DNA of 64,000 bases from Azolla caroliniana. Taxonomy: Eukaryota > Plantae > Polypodiophyta. The translations under genes were made by a program, and so were the position numbers. Location of the stretch: NCBI GenBank assembly GCA_043228905.1, contig JBHGNT010000014.1, forward strand, positions 17,112,001-17,176,000. The letters are read 5' to 3'. Shown piece by piece: positions 36,259 through 50,236 of the stretch (position 1 is the first letter of the stretch; the number at the start of each line of letters is the position of its first letter). The notes beneath the pieces were generated by a model that was not told where the DNA came from, did not search any database, and was given only the letters and a program-made list of their open reading frames with translations.

Positions 36259-37421
36259 ATGGTTGCCATCAACTCGGAAAAATATCTCACCCTTATTGCA
36301 GAAATGGAGAATATTAAATCCAAGTTCGCATCTCTTGAATTAGAGAATCAATGTCTTCTTGGGGATCTACAAAAGGTTACTATTGAGAAGCAACAACAAG
36401 AAGAAGAGTTTACACGACAGGTGCAACAATTAGAATCGACAATTGTAATTTTACAACAACAAAGGGTCGAAGGTCAAGAAGTATTAAGGAGCCCAAAATC
36501 AGTCTCCCATCTAAATTCGATGATTCAAGGGCGCATTTCTGAGGTTTCTTGAATCAAGTGCGATTGGTAATCCAAATGCATCCCACTCGTTATCCAACAG
36601 ATGCATCACAAGTCGAGTTAGTGGGCACCTTATTGATTGGCATAGCATTGTCATGGTTTGCTCCATTACTAGAGACAAATTCTCCTATACTGCATAATTT
36701 CGAGGAGTTTGTCAAAGAATTTAAGGCTTGCTTCGGAGATACAGATGGGGCAAGAACAATAATCAACAAGATTCGTACACTACGTCAAGGTGATCAACCA
36801 GCCTCAACATATGCAGCTAATTTTTGTCTCATCGCAAGCGATATTCCTTGGGATGAAAAAGCCCTAATGGAGCAATTTTGTTCCAGTCTTTGTAGTGATG
36901 TGAAGGACTTACTTCTTACCTTCCCCGAGGATCCAAAATCACTTACAGAAGCTATTAGTCGAGCAATACAATGTGATAATCGTCTTTTTGAGCATTGATG
37001 TGAGCGACAACAACAAATAACAAGATCAAGATACACACCAACTTATACATTAGTAATGACACAATCGTCTCCAAGGCAAACATATAGCCTTGCTTCAACC
37101 CGAAGGCAAACACGTAGCCCAACCCCAATGGATAGGCCGACACCCATGGAGATCGATATGACCCAACGTCAAGGACCATTGTTGGATGAAGAGAAGCAAC
37201 GACGCCGAGCAAACCATCGGTGCTTATATTGCAAAGGTTCAGGACATATAGCCATTCATTGCTCCTGTAGGCCGAGACGTCAAGTAAATCAAATTCACTA
37301 TGACAATAAAAATGAGTCTAACATTTTAGAAGCACTTAGTGATTCTAATATTATGAATAATCCACCCTTGTCCAATAAATTTGAAGTCCTAAGCCAATTA
37401 GAAGAGGAGTCAAACGAATAA
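36259..37421 (+). pseudogene. Chromovirus gag with frameshift and stops
   Basis: Coiled-coil start, capsid (ALSWFAPLLE, LRQG..ASTYAANF), PTPMEID and CLYCKGSGHIAIHC knuckle, spread over three ORFs. Confidence 0.88.
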
Positions 37422-37447
37422 GTCCGACCAAAATAGGAGCCATTTGG

Positions 37448-40400
37448 TTGGACAACCCTAGCTCAGTACAACCTAGTGTAGGTTCCATTTCATCCAAGCA
37501 TGTTAGTAGAGTCTTCTCAGCCCAAGTACAAGTTAGGACACCAAGTTGCCAACTTCATGTCCAAGCCCTCTTAGATACCGGAGCCGATTCTTGTTTCATG
37601 GATAGAGATTTTACCCAAAAACATCAAATATCCTTGCACACACTTCCTTGCCCAGTTTCCGTAGTAGTGATTGATGGACATCCCATAGCTTCCGGGAAGT
37701 TATTCGAAGAGTCAGAGCCAATACACATACTCTTAGGTGATTTAGGATGTGTAGTTTCCTTTAATATAATCTGTAGCCTCGAGCATCCAATTGTCCTTGG
37801 TTTGCATTGGTTCGAGCTACATAACCCACGAATAGATTGGAGGAGGCGAGAAATTTGGTGCCCTTCTGTAGAAAACATCATTGCTAAGGATCAAACCCAG
37901 GAGTATTCCCTGAAAGAATATAGTTCTACCAGTGCACCATCTCCTTTTCACCAAATCTCAACCATCACATTGCAACAATTATTTCAAGTGGGAGGAAAGG
38001 AGGAACTTTTCTTATTTGGAATATCAGTGACACCTTCTAGTGCGACTCAGGTGAATCCAGACATCCAAATTCCCGAAAAATATCAAGAATATGCTGATGT
38101 TTTCGACAAAGTCAAAGCTAGTGTACTTCCAAAGCATCGGCCATACGATTGTCCCATTGACCTCCAAACAGGAAAAGAGCCACCGTGGGGTCCGATCTAC
38201 AATCTATCGTCAACTGAGCTTGAGGTTCTTCGAGAATACATTGAGGAGAATCTTGCACATGGGTTTATTCGACATTCAAAATCTCCAGCCGGTGCTCCTA
38301 TATTTTTTGTGAAGAAAAAGGACGGATCGCTTCGTTTGGTCGTGGACTATCGGGGATTAAATAAAGTCACCATAAGAAATAGGTATGCTCTTCCTTTAAT
38401 CTCTAGTCTTTTAGAGTGCATTGGTGGGGCAAAACATTTTACAAAGATTGATTTAAGGGGTGCATATAATCTTGTTCCCATTCGACTGGGGGATGAGTGG
38501 AAAACGACATTTCGCACTCGGTATGGTCATTTCAAGTATACAGTCATGCCTTTCGGGCTCACAAATGCACCCGTAGTTTTCCAACATATGGCAAATGACA
38601 TTTTCTGGGATTTTCTGGATATCTTTTTGATAATCTATTTAGATGATCTGTTGATTTACTCTAAAACACAAGAGGAGCATGATATACATGTCCGGAAAGT
38701 ACTTGAACGCTTAAGAAAGTATGGTCTATATGCCAAACTTGAGAAGTGTAGTTTTGACAGCGAACAAGTCGAATTCTTGGGTTATACTATTTCATCTAAG
38801 GGTATCTTCATGGATCCAGCAAAAGTCAAAACAATATTGGAATGGCAACCCCCACGTTCTGTTCAAGACATCCAATGTTTCCTCGGATTTGCTAACTTAT
38901 ATCGCAAATTCATACGAAATTATTCAAAGATCGTGTTGCCTCTCACCCAACTCACCAAGAAGAATCAAGTGTTTGTTTGGACTATTGAAGCAGACACAAC
39001 TTTTACTCAGCTCAAAGAGGCATTCACATCAGCTCCTATATTAGCACATATTGATCCCGAAAAGCCATTTACCATTGAAGCGGATGCGTCAGAGTTTGCA
39101 TTGGGGAGTATCCTATCCCAACCAGGCAAGGACAGGAAGTCCAATCCAATCATGTTTCACTCGAGAAAATTTACTACTGCGGAGATAAACTATGAGGTGA
39201 ATGACAAGGAGTTACTAGCTGTGGTTGACTATTTTGAGCAATGGCAACATTCTTGGAAGGATCGCCTCATCAAATAATCATTTATAGTGATCACAAAAAT
39301 CTTACATATTTTCAAATGGCTTGAGTGTTAAATAGGAGACAAGCTCGGTGGACACAGTTTCTAACTCGTTTTGATTTCAAGATCGTTTTCCGCCCCGGGA
39401 AGCAACAAGGGAAGCCAGATGCTCTATCTCGACGTTCATATCTCGCACCTCGACTTGGAGATCCGGCCTTCGACAACCAAAAGAAAATTCTACTAGGACC
39501 ATCAAAGCTACAAGCAACAACAGTTTATTTGACGCCGCTTGATTCATGCCTTGTTGATACTATTCGGCAACAACTTCACTCTGATGATTTCGCTAAGGAT
39601 GTCTCAGCCCACATTAGTCCAAGTCATGCATCTTGCTCCACATTGCAAGATTCATCTCAACATTATCAGGAATTCAAGTGGCAAGATGGCTTACTCTTTT
39701 ACAAGAATCTCCTTTATGTCCTTGATGGATCACCCCACCTTCAAGTATTACAGCATTGTCCTGATGCCCCTATGGCTGGACATTTTGGTATTGCCAAGAC
39801 CATGAAGTTGGTGAAGCGCTCGTTTTGGTGGCCTCATTTGCAAAAATTTGTCGAAGATTATGTTCGTACATGTGACACATGTTGTCGAGCCAAAATACCT
39901 AGGCATCATCCTTATGGCTTGTTACAACCATTACCGCCTCCAACCAAGCCATGGCAGTCTATTTCTATGGCTTTCATTACGGATCTGCCACCTTCAAAAG
40001 GATTTGATACCATTTTAACAGTATTGGATCAGTTTGCCAAGATGGCACACTTTTTACCATGTGTAAAGAGTATCAATAGTCAGGAAACCGCAGATATCGT
40101 TATGCGTGAAGTATTTCGCCATCATGGTCTTCCAGACGATATAATTACTGATCGTGGTCCTCAATTTATCTCTCACTTTTGGAACCACCTATGGACAGGC
40201 CTCAAAATCTCCTGCAAACTCTCTTCGGCTTATCATCCACAAACCAATGGACAAACAGAGCGCACAAATCAAATGCTCGAGCAATATCTTCGATGCTTCA
40301 TCAGTTATCAACAAGATGATTGGAGCAATATTCTACATCTTGTTGAGTTTGCATACAATAACACTGTACACTCTTCTACCAAGGTTACACCTTTCTTTGC

Positions 40401-41040
40401 CTACACCGGTAAACATCCTCGATGGTGTATCTTGGATCTTCCCAAGGTCACACGAAACCCTAGTGCTGAGCATCATCTTCATCGACTACATCGAATCCAG
40501 TTAGCGTTATCTTCACATCTTCAAACAACTCAAGCACAACATAAGACCAACGCCAATCACCATCGTCTTAAGTCTCCTTTTAAGGTTGGTTGCTTCGTCA
40601 TCACATCAAGACTACCCAACCATGTGAGAAGCTCGATTATCAACGCTTAGGTCCTTTTCTCATCATTGTGCGTATTAACAATGCCACCTTTCGTCTTAAT
40701 CTTCCAGCACACATGCGGCTTCACCTAGTCTTTCATAGCTCTCTTTTGGAACCTTGTCACACCTCTTCTATTCCTAATCGTGTCGTGCCACCTCCGCCCT
40801 CTGTCCAACTTGTTGACGGCCTTGAATACGAGGTAGCTGCTATTCTTGATTCAAAGATTTTGCAGAATTAGCTCTATTATCTAGTTGATTGGGTTGGCTA
40901 TCCTCCGAGTGATCGCAGTTGGGAACCCGTCAATAATGTTTCTAATGCTCAAGCTCTTGTCAAAGACTTCCATCGATGTTATCCAAACAAACCTAGCCCT
41001 ACATTGTTAACGACGACTTCCACTCGTCGTTCTCGAAGGG
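37448..41040 (+). pseudogene. Chromovirus pol (PR-RT-RH-IN-CHD), disrupted
   Basis: LLDTGAD, MPFGLTNAP, YLDD, GHFG..CDTC, GPF, YEVAAILDS..YLVDWVGY..SWEP. Frameshifts at ~39250 and ~40590; the first integrase catalytic Asp reads Ala (ISMAFI). Confidence 0.92.
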
Positions 41041-41194
41041 GAGATAGTGTCATGAATACATAAGCATCATGGCTTCACTTGGGCTTGAACCCAAAACCTT
41101 GTAATATATAATCAAGAACCTAACCATTAGGATAGCATATGATTATATAAAATGATAAAAACTACTTCTTATAATAGATTGATTATTGTAAATG

Positions 41195-41278
41195 TTCTGG
41201 AACATTCTAGAACATTCTAGAATATCCTAGAACATCTTAGAATATTCTAGGTCTAGAACATTCTAGAACATTATAGAA
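41195..41278. promoter_or_regulatory. Heat-shock-element array in the chromovirus LTR U3 (also at 35887-35940)
   Basis: TTCtgGAAcaTTCtaGAAcaTTCtaGAA is six alternating nGAAn units, followed by degenerate units, just upstream of TATAAAT. Confidence 0.7.
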
Positions 41279-44200
41279 ATCACTAGGCTATTCTATAGGA
41301 ACCTATAAATATGGACATACAATTCTTCTTAAACCAATTCGAATCAACACCAGTCTCAAGCTTTCGTCACCTTTCTTGTATCCATCTTGTATCCATCTTC
41401 ATTCTATCTTACTAATACATTCATTCTTCTCTTATCACTTCATTCCTCTCTTCTCGTTATCTCTTTACATCTTTCGTCTACCACTCTATCCTTTCTCTTG
41501 GTTCTAACAGTTGTATTCCCTTCGCTCGGAAGTATTCTTCGAACGGTCCTCAGTATTCTCCTCTATTATCCGCTCAGACTGTTTTCAATTTCCGAACGGT
41601 CTCCCTCTTGGCTCTTGCTTGGAACTCCTTGAAGACTGACAAAACGTGGTCCTTGGTCTCCAATACGGAAGCCCACAACTTCTGAGTACAATCATCAATA
41701 AAGGTCACAAAATATTGTGAACCGGCATGTGACTTAGTGTCTATGTAGCATACATTGGTATGCACGAGTTCCTGTGGCATTCTCTTCCTTGTCGGGGGCC
41801 TAGTTCGGAAGGAGGTTCTATTCTGCTTGCCGACCAAGCAATCGGTGCACCTCTCAAGTTGCATGTTCTTCACCTCCAGAATGAGTTTATCATTGGCAAG
41901 TTCACTTCCTCCTGACAGTGTCGACTGCCACATTCACTTCCTCCCAATATATTTGGGCATGCATTAGATACAATGTGTTGGTTTTCCGGCCTCTAACCAC
42001 AATAATGCTCCTTTTGCAAAACTTTATGACGTCGTTGTGGATGCTACCGGTGTAGCCTTCGTCATCTAGTTGACCGGCCAATATCAAATTTAGTCGAACT
42101 TCCAGAACGTGTCGAACATCCTTCAAAACTAGTTAGCACTCGGTCAACGTCACCTGACACACATCTCCTATGCCAACAATTCGGCATGCTCCTTCATTTC
42201 CCATCTTTACAAGAGCGTGGTCTCCGTCCTTGTACGATGAGAAGCACTTTCGATCAAGGGTTAGGTGAAACAATGCACCCGAATCAACCACCCATGTTGA
42301 TTCTTCGCCAGCGAGGTCAACTTCATTTTGTTCACTAATGAACAACAACTCCTCTTCACTCGTAGCGATTGTTGAGGTGTTATTGCTATCCAGGATTTTC
42401 TTCAGCTCTACACCATCAATTCCCCCTTCCTCTTTCCGGAAGTGTCGACAATATTTTTGGAAGTCCCCCGGCTTCCCACAATAGAAGCACGTGGGCCTCC
42501 CCCTTGACTTTGACCCAATCCCCAACTTTTCCTGATTCTGGGGACTTCTATTTCAACCTCTTCCCCAATTTTTGTCACTTTCTGTGACTAAGGCCTTTGG
42601 GTCAGCAATTGCTGCTCTATCCTTCAGGCGAGCTTCTTCATTCAACAAGTTTGACTTCACCTTCTCTAGGGATAAGTGTTTCCTTTCTGGTTCAGCATTT
42701 CCCAATGTGACGAGTGTCTCCCAACTATCTGGAAGGGATCTCAACAATAATATTGCTAATACCTCGTCGTCCAGAGGTACTTTTAGAGAGGTGGTTTGAT
42801 TGATCAATCCCTGGAAGGCGTCAGGTGCTCCGCCATGCTGGAGCCATCCTGATACCGGAGTCTCACGATCTTCCTAAACACTAAGACTCTGTGGACAACG
42901 TTCTTGTTCTTGAAAATAATGTCAATCTTCTCCCACAGGACATCCGCCTTGTTCTCCTCATTGAAGTTGTTGTATAGACTCATGTCTATAAAACATCTTA
43001 TGTATGTTGCTGCCTTCAAGTGCATGACTTCCCAAGTCGATGCATCAATCTTGTTCGTTTTGGTCTTACCATATTGCACCAACAACCATAAATCTTTGCA
43101 CACCAACATGTCCCTCATCTTTGACTTCCACACTAAATAGTTGGAGTTGGTTAGTTTGAACATGCCGCCAAATGAGTCTTCCATCTCTCTGATACTTGTT
43201 TGTAAGGATCGCTGACCGGCCACAACCGGTTCGCTCTTGTGCGTATGTGGATACAAAGATTGAGAATGACAGTACACAAACAACAAATAACAAAAGTACA
43301 AAGACACAAGATGTTTACGTGGAAAACCCTGAATGGGAAAAACCATGAGAACCCACAGACTTCGAACTAGATCTCTATCAGTAAGAGGAATACAATAAGA
43401 AACTGCAGTAACTATGCAGTTCCTTATTGTATTCCTCTTACTCTCTTACACTCTCTTAGTTACAGAGGAAACAACCAGTAGTAACTATGCACAACAATAA
43501 TCAACAATAACTATTTTCTAACTATTTACCCTAAGTATATTTATACTCATTACAAGTTGGGCTATTATATAGGCACCGACCTTGACTTCTTCACTCTCAC
43601 TCTCTTACACTCTCTTAGTTATAGAGGCAACAACCAGTAGTAACTATGCACAACAATAATCAACAACAACTATTTTCTAACTACTTACCCTAAGTATGTT
43701 TATACTCATATACAAGTTGGGCTATTTACAAATATAGCCCACTAAGGGCACAATGAGGTTATTTACAATTATATCCCCGAGTTGCCTTCGACCGATTCGG
43801 CTATTTGCCGAATCGATTCAGATTCGATTTTTGGCCATGACCAAATCGAACAATCGATTTGATTTTTTGGCCTCGGCCAAGTTGTTGTCAACTAATTTGG
43901 TTCTCCTTTTTCTTCGACTCGTGCTCCTCTTCCCATTCGGAGGGACCTGTTACCTAACATTCTCGGTTGTGGAGATCTTCTCGAGGCTGAGCTTTCCTAA
44001 AGTTACATAGTGTTGAACGAAGTGATACCGAGCATTGATATGTTTGGAGACGTTATGATAAACCAGATTCTCTGACAAAGCAACAACACCCTCACTGTCA
44101 CTATAGATAACTAGAGCCGATTGGGATCGGCTTGTCGAAACATACACGTCAGTCGACAGAGCCAAAGAGCCTCTTTCGCCACATCGGATGCGACTACATA

Positions 44201-45099
44201 TTTGGCCTCGATCATTGAAGTGGTCGTGCATTCCCAAGATTTGACTTCCATGAAATTGCTCCATTGCCAAATTTGAAGCAGTATCTTGTTGTTGATTTTC
44301 GGTTGTCCACACAATTGACAAAGTCTGAGTCGGTGTAACTAACTACGCTTGAGTTCTTGTTCAAACCGAAGAAGATGTGAAGGTCTTGTGTGCCCACCAC
44401 GTATCTAAATACATGCTTGACTGCATTCCAATGCGATCGGCTTGGGTTGTACATGAATATGTTGACGATTCCTACGGCATGAGCAATGTCAAGCCGTGTT
44501 GTGACCATCTCGTACATCTGGGAGCCGATTGCCAATGCATACGGTACCAACTTCATATCTTCCCCCTCTGGATGACCCAACTCCCTAGATATAGCTAGTG
44601 CTAGATAGTTCTTATCTTAAAGTTAATGGCACATACTTCAAGACTAAGTACATCGTAAGTTGCCCACAAAATATTCTAGTTGAATTGATTAGTCAATCCT
44701 ATTAGGCTACTTCGCTCTTTCCTAAATACATTCTGTCCTACTCATCTACGGTTTCCTAGATTGACACCTTATTGACCCATATGGTCAAGTTACACAATAG
44801 CTACTCCTCATTTGGGGTGCTATCACAAAATGTGCACTCTAAGAGTACATATGGGGATAAATTGGCAACTTGAGGTTGATCATTGATTATATCTAACAAT
44901 TGTGAATATATATATATGTATATATGTATATACGTATGCGGAAACGTTTGAGGACCTGTTCGCTTATGCTCAGAAAATACAGTGAATGAAGACTTAGACA
45001 ATAGATCGAGCTTTAATGGAAAGCTTCTTATTACTTCGTTCTCACTTAGAGATACAATACTCTTCTCATAATCACTCATTACAATGTTAGGTATTCGCT

Positions 45100-47285
45100 T
45101 ATATACTAAGCCCTAACTTATTAACGAGTTCACACTTGGACGGATACAATTTGGAAGGAGTCGGCCTTTTATGCCAACAATAATAATGTCATGGACAAGA
45201 CAATAGTCATGTCAAGATTCGAACTCTTCTCCTTTTGTATTATAGTTAGTGTTATGTTGTAACCAACATATCCAAACTCTTATCCTCTTATATTATACTC
45301 AAGTGTTATGATCTAACCAACACATTCAAATACATGGTCATGTTATGCATATCTTAGTAGATTATTAGTAGATTATCTATTCCAAGTTCTAGGATTTTTT
45401 AAAACCTTCAAGAAAGCTCCAAAAGCTGGAACATTCTAGAAGCTTCGGCATGGAAATGGGTCTATGCATGGAACTACATGTAGAGCCCACAAACTTGTAT
45501 AAATACTTGTCACCTCCTTGGTCCCTTTCAAGGAATTCAACGCTAGTCATTGAAACGTCAACCTAGTCTTCTTGTTCCATTCCATCTTGTCTCCTTCTTG
45601 ATCTCTATCTTCATACTCTCTAGTTATTCCTCACTTCCTAAGTTCATAGTCTCATCATTTCAACTTCTAGAGTTCCTAGCCCCGTCACCTCCAGTTCCAT
45701 GTTCGTAGCCTTATCGGTCATAGCCTCGTCATCCATGCTCCATCGTAGTCCATGGTTGGTGTGTCTATAACAACATGTTACCTCCAAAATCAGAATTATC
45801 ATTGAATACTTCGGTTAATCACACCGTACTAGTTATGGTTTGGAGTAAAACCAAATATGCAGGATCTTAAGATTCTCGACTACCTCGCATATGCCTTCAT
45901 TCCCGCTTATAAATGATCAAAGTTATAGCAAGGAGCCCGAAAATTGATCTTTATCGGATACGGAGATGCAAACAGCTACAAAGCTTATCGTTTATTCGAC
46001 CCTACCATGAACACCTTCTTCTATAGTTGAACCGTCATATTCAATGAGTTGACTCTTCTTGACCCCATGAAACGTAATCACAACCTTAAGAATGATTTTC
46101 GTGAAGAAGGTGAACAAATAAAAGACTATTTGTCCCCCTGATGTCGATGTTGCCACTCCAGTCCACCAACAACAAATCAGCGTCACCACTACCGTCCGCT
46201 ACCTTCCAAACAATGCCGCCGCCAGCTATCAGCATAACAAAGTCACCAAATTTGTCATCGTCGTCTCTGTATGTCACCTCTTGCCCAATTATTTTTTCAC
46301 ACCCTCTGGCATTGGCCACCATCATCCTCTTATTTAACACTTTGACAACAACCCCACTGCTATAGATCACCACTCTGCTCATAGCAACAAGCATAAGACA
46401 GGGATTGTAAATCGATACGTTATAATTCCTCATTCATTTATCTATACTAATAAGCCACCACTTCAATCCCTTGCATGTCCACTGATCTCCCTTGCATCTC
46501 CTTCAATCTTCTCTGTTCCAAGAACTCCACCTGCTCAACTTTGTCTACATAAAAGACCAACATTTAAATTTAGAGTTAATAAAAATAAAAGTAAAATAAA
46601 AAATAAACCATTAAAACTTAGTAATATCTCTACCAACCACCTTAAAACGACCACCCAAAGTAAACAAAATAACAATATTCATCCAAATCTTGATTCTGCT
46701 TACACACTATCCAAATCTACATATAATCACAACCTCACAAATGCATCCTCTACATCGACCTCGTCTTCCCCACAGTTAAATACACCAAACACTTTTCCAC
46801 TTCCTTTATCAAATTTCTCAAGCTCAAATCAATATAGTCCCGAAAGCCACCCATACTCGTCAAATTATTCTGTCATTTCATCTTCACTCACCCAATGTGA
46901 CTCGTGGTTATTCAACCAACTCAAAACCACAATCCTTACGAGATTATCCAAACTCCTTTGATAACGATTCACCACCTCACTATACATGCTCCTTGACCGA
47001 TATATATAAGGAGCTCGACCAATTTGAGGCACACTTTGTGGACCTCGATATGGACACCTTCATAGTTCAAGAAGAACCAGATACTGCAAATGAATTAATT
47101 ATTACCGTTTGAGAAGCATTGTCTAGTACTGATGACCCTAAATGGAGAGTAGCCATGGAAGAAGAGATGATAGCCTTATTGAAGAGAAAACTTGGAGTCG
47201 TTTCGATCCACCACCTAATCAGGAAATTGTTAGTTGTAAGTGGGTTATTCGGAAAAAATTGGCTCCCAGTAGTTCGGTTGATGAG
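45100..47285 (+). mobile_element. Degraded Ty1/copia IN C-terminus to RT N-terminus, interrupted by the LTR at 45187-45772
   Basis: IWKESAFYAN, LAYAFIP, LIFIGYG..YKAYRLFDP, KWRVAMEEEM, VSCKWVIRKK. Confidence 0.75.
45187..45772 (+). mobile_element. Solo-like LTR related to the 7169 and 13726 LTRs
   Basis: TGTCATGGAC...GGTTGGTGTGTCTATAACA; shares TATAAAT..CCTCCTTG.TCCCTTTCAAGG.ATTCAAC; 4-unit HSE at 45429-45446. No clear TSD. Confidence 0.72.
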
Positions 47286-48140
47286 CAAAAGATATATTGG
47301 ATGCGATGCCTTGAAGAGAAACAAAAAAATATTAACGCACCAAGAAGTATGTTGGTGTTCAGAATGTTGAATGGTGGGTAACTTCTTCAACCATCAGCAT
47401 ATGATTTTAGATAACCACATTGTCGGATACTAGCCACTCCAAAATCCGTTCACATGGAATATTGGTGTACCATCAATGGTGTCCACGACTCATTATCAGT
47501 CACTAGATAATTTACTGAACTCAATAATCTTGTTTGCCCACGGTAGAGAGATATTTACATGGGACCAAGAATATCGCGTATTGTAGAGGCAAGATGGCAA
47601 GGCAATTTGCATGAGCTACAAGTTGGTATGTTGGTTGCAACATTAGCTGGGGATGATGAGTTGGGCCATCCCTTTTGGATTGCTAAAATTCTTGAAATAA
47701 TGAAGGGTGAACAAGGCAACCATTGAGTTAAGTCCATTGTGGTTCATTGGTATCACACCTCTTCCCTAGATGCATTTACTGAAAAGTACTCTTTACAAAT
47801 GGTTAAGGATGTCGGAGGCACAAGTAGAAAGTGAAAAAGAAAGAATCTACCGAGCACGTCTACTCTGACATTGGATAATGTTGACATACTAATGCATGAC
47901 TTCTCCTTAACCAAAACAGACCATCTAAGACATACCACAATCAAGATAATAAAAGAGAAGTTCCCAAATGTGCCTCTCGACATGACACAAAGACGACCAA
48001 GGAGCATGTCTCATCATCACGGCGAGGTTGGATTGCAATTGGATGAAGACAATGCATTGGTTGCCAATGATGATGAGGATGAGAGTCCCATAGTACGTAA
48101 TATACTCGAATGCATTGGCAAACATTCTTTTCCATACAAA
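47286..48140 (+). pseudogene. Degraded coding remnant, probably the C-terminal domain of a DNA-transposon protein
   Basis: LQVGMLVA..HPFWIAKILE..VVHWYH..FSLTK..HLR with in-frame stops; family not determined. Confidence 0.45.
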
Positions 48141-48453
48141 TGCGTATGTTATCAAAACATTCTTATGATTTTTTTTACACTTTTTACCTTAACTTTATTA
48201 CCTTAAAGAAAAACTTACTTTATAATAAACAATGAATACAAAAGTATCGTATTTACCATAATTCGAGGGTGTTTACCATGGTCAAATGATTGAAACATTC
48301 TCGAATGCGAATGCACATATATTATTTATGGTTCATATCATGGATGAGACCTCACAAAGCTCTTCTAGTTCATCGGATGGATTTGAAAATGATGGCATAA
48401 CTTTGAGAAGTGATAGTTTTGATACATGAACTCTAAATATTGTATTTTACATC

Positions 48454-48996
48454 AAAATGTCAATTCATGAATATGTATAAATATAGGCATAGATTGACAT
48501 ATTCGCATTCATGGGGTTTCCCATTCAAATGCAAACAAATACGCATGTATGAATGCATGGTCAAGTATTCGTTTAAAGAAAAGAAAAGAGAGTACAAGAA
48601 CTCCCTCCTTTTTTAGTTTCCTAGGATACAATAAAAATGTCAATTCATGAATATGTATAAATATAGGCATAGATTGACATATTCGCATTCATGGGGTTTC
48701 CCATTCAAATGCAAACAAATACGCATGTATGAATGCATGGTCAAGTATTCGTTTAAAGAAAAGAAAAGAGAGTACAAGAACTCCCTCCTTTTTTAGTTTC
48801 CTAGGATACAATAAAAATGTCAATTCATGAATATGTATAAATATAGGCATAGATTGACATATTCGCATTCATGGGGTTTCCCATTCAAATGCAAACAAAT
48901 ACGCATGTATGAATGCATGGTCAAGTATTCGTTTAAAGAAAAGAAAAGAGAGTACAAGAACTCCCTCCTTTTTTAGTTTCCTAGGATACAATAAAA
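48454..48996. repeat. 180-bp tandem repeat, 3 identical copies
   Basis: Sequence lines starting at 48481, 48661 and 48841, and the lines that follow them, are identical. Confidence 0.97.
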
Positions 48997-50236
48997 GGGA
49001 CTTGGACAATAAAAATATTATTGGGGCCATTTCATATTCTCGAATATTGCGAATATCATGCATGGAGAATATGACATCACACATGTGTCAATCTATGAAT
49101 ATAGGTGGTAGTCATTTAGTACATTTTCTACATTCTTTTGTAAGTTTGGCATGTCTATTATTTAGGTATTTTTGGAAAGCCCTAGACTTTTGGACATCCT
49201 AAAAATCGATATATTTTGGGTCAGTTTTGAAAAACCTTTACGCATGCAACACCCCTTTTTGTGAAACGACCTATTTTGTGCCGTTTTTTTTACGGATAGT
49301 TCTTAAAATGTGGCACATCCTGTTTCAAATGTTCTAGTGTTTTTTACGACACACTTTTCTTCCGTTAAATCTTCACTACAGTCTACAACAATTGATCTAT
49401 TCGGTCTACATTGAAAGATAGCTCTATACATTCCACGAGGATACAAAGGTGTCCTTCTCAAGGAGAGAATAACCAAGCACTTTTTCTTAGTGAGCCAAAG
49501 GAACCAACTCATTGGCGATAGAGGAGAAACGTAGTTCTCCTTTTTTCGTGGCTTCTTCCATCACATGCCTCATGATGTTATCCTTGCATGGGCACAAGTC
49601 ATTGTGTATACATTTACCATACACTTCCATGCCACCCAATCACACATTGCAGATCATCTTTCCCCCTATGTCACCTTTAGTGGGTATTAGAACCTTGACC
49701 TTGTTCTAATGCTTAACTCTTACCATTTGTACTCACATTATTTTAATCTTCATATTCCACCTTTTCCCATAGTATTCAGTTTGACCAAAATCTCAACCTA
49801 TTGTGAAACTTAACATTTTGGCATTTTCCTCTCTTTGTCCATGCCACGTCATGACACCATTTCCTCATGACACATTCCAACCATTAAGATTTCCTTTTGA
49901 CCTTTTGGAGCATACATTCGATTTTAGCTCACTATGGGCTTGAACCATAATAGTTAATCCTAATATGTAATCCCCACATGATTCTTGCTCAAGATGTCTA
50001 GAGATGCCCAATGTTAGACATAAAGTAAATGACTATGACCAATGCATCAACAACAATATACAAAAAGGAAAGTATCATTGCAAACATTAAGAGATCTCTT
50101 CGACCATCTCAATATACAATAAATTTTAGCTCACTATGGGGATAATAAATCATGTTAGTTAATCCCCACATGTTTTGCCCACACGATTCATATTCAAGTT
50201 ATCTATATGTATGCCTATCATCTAACATGATACATA

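Larger units (their letters stand above)
35763..41509 (+). mobile_element. Ty3/gypsy chromovirus (Tcn1-like) inserted in the copia integrase; LTRs 35763-36160 and 41048-41509
   Basis: TGTCATGAATAC LTR pair; TSD GTTGG/GTTGT; PPT GAAGGGGAGATAG; gag-PR-RT-RH-IN-chromodomain order; no tRNA PBS. Confidence 0.93.
32885..43959 (-). mobile_element. Ty1/copia element, full-length but decayed; LTRs 32885-33474 and 43201-43959
   Basis: Homologous LTRs TGTAAGGATC...CCTAACA; TSD TTGTC/TTCTC; degenerate iMet PBS at ~43185-43197; gag, CFYCGKPG, WVVDSGA, integrase and LLYVDD remnants. Confidence 0.9.
32530..44580 (-). mobile_element. Older Ty1/copia remnant (RT/RH 43960-44580; RH end, PPT and partial 3' LTR 32530-32884), split by the 32885-43959 insertion
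   Basis: RNase H reads ..LSLEKISTT | DNILDGMTKCLTVDQFQSLRDQMGL across the insertion; PPT GAGGGAG precedes TGTCGAATAC at 32583. Confidence 0.8.

Noticed and set aside
49305-49560. Possible LINE 3' coding remnant
   Set aside because: Only a vague HILF-like motif; insufficient evidence.
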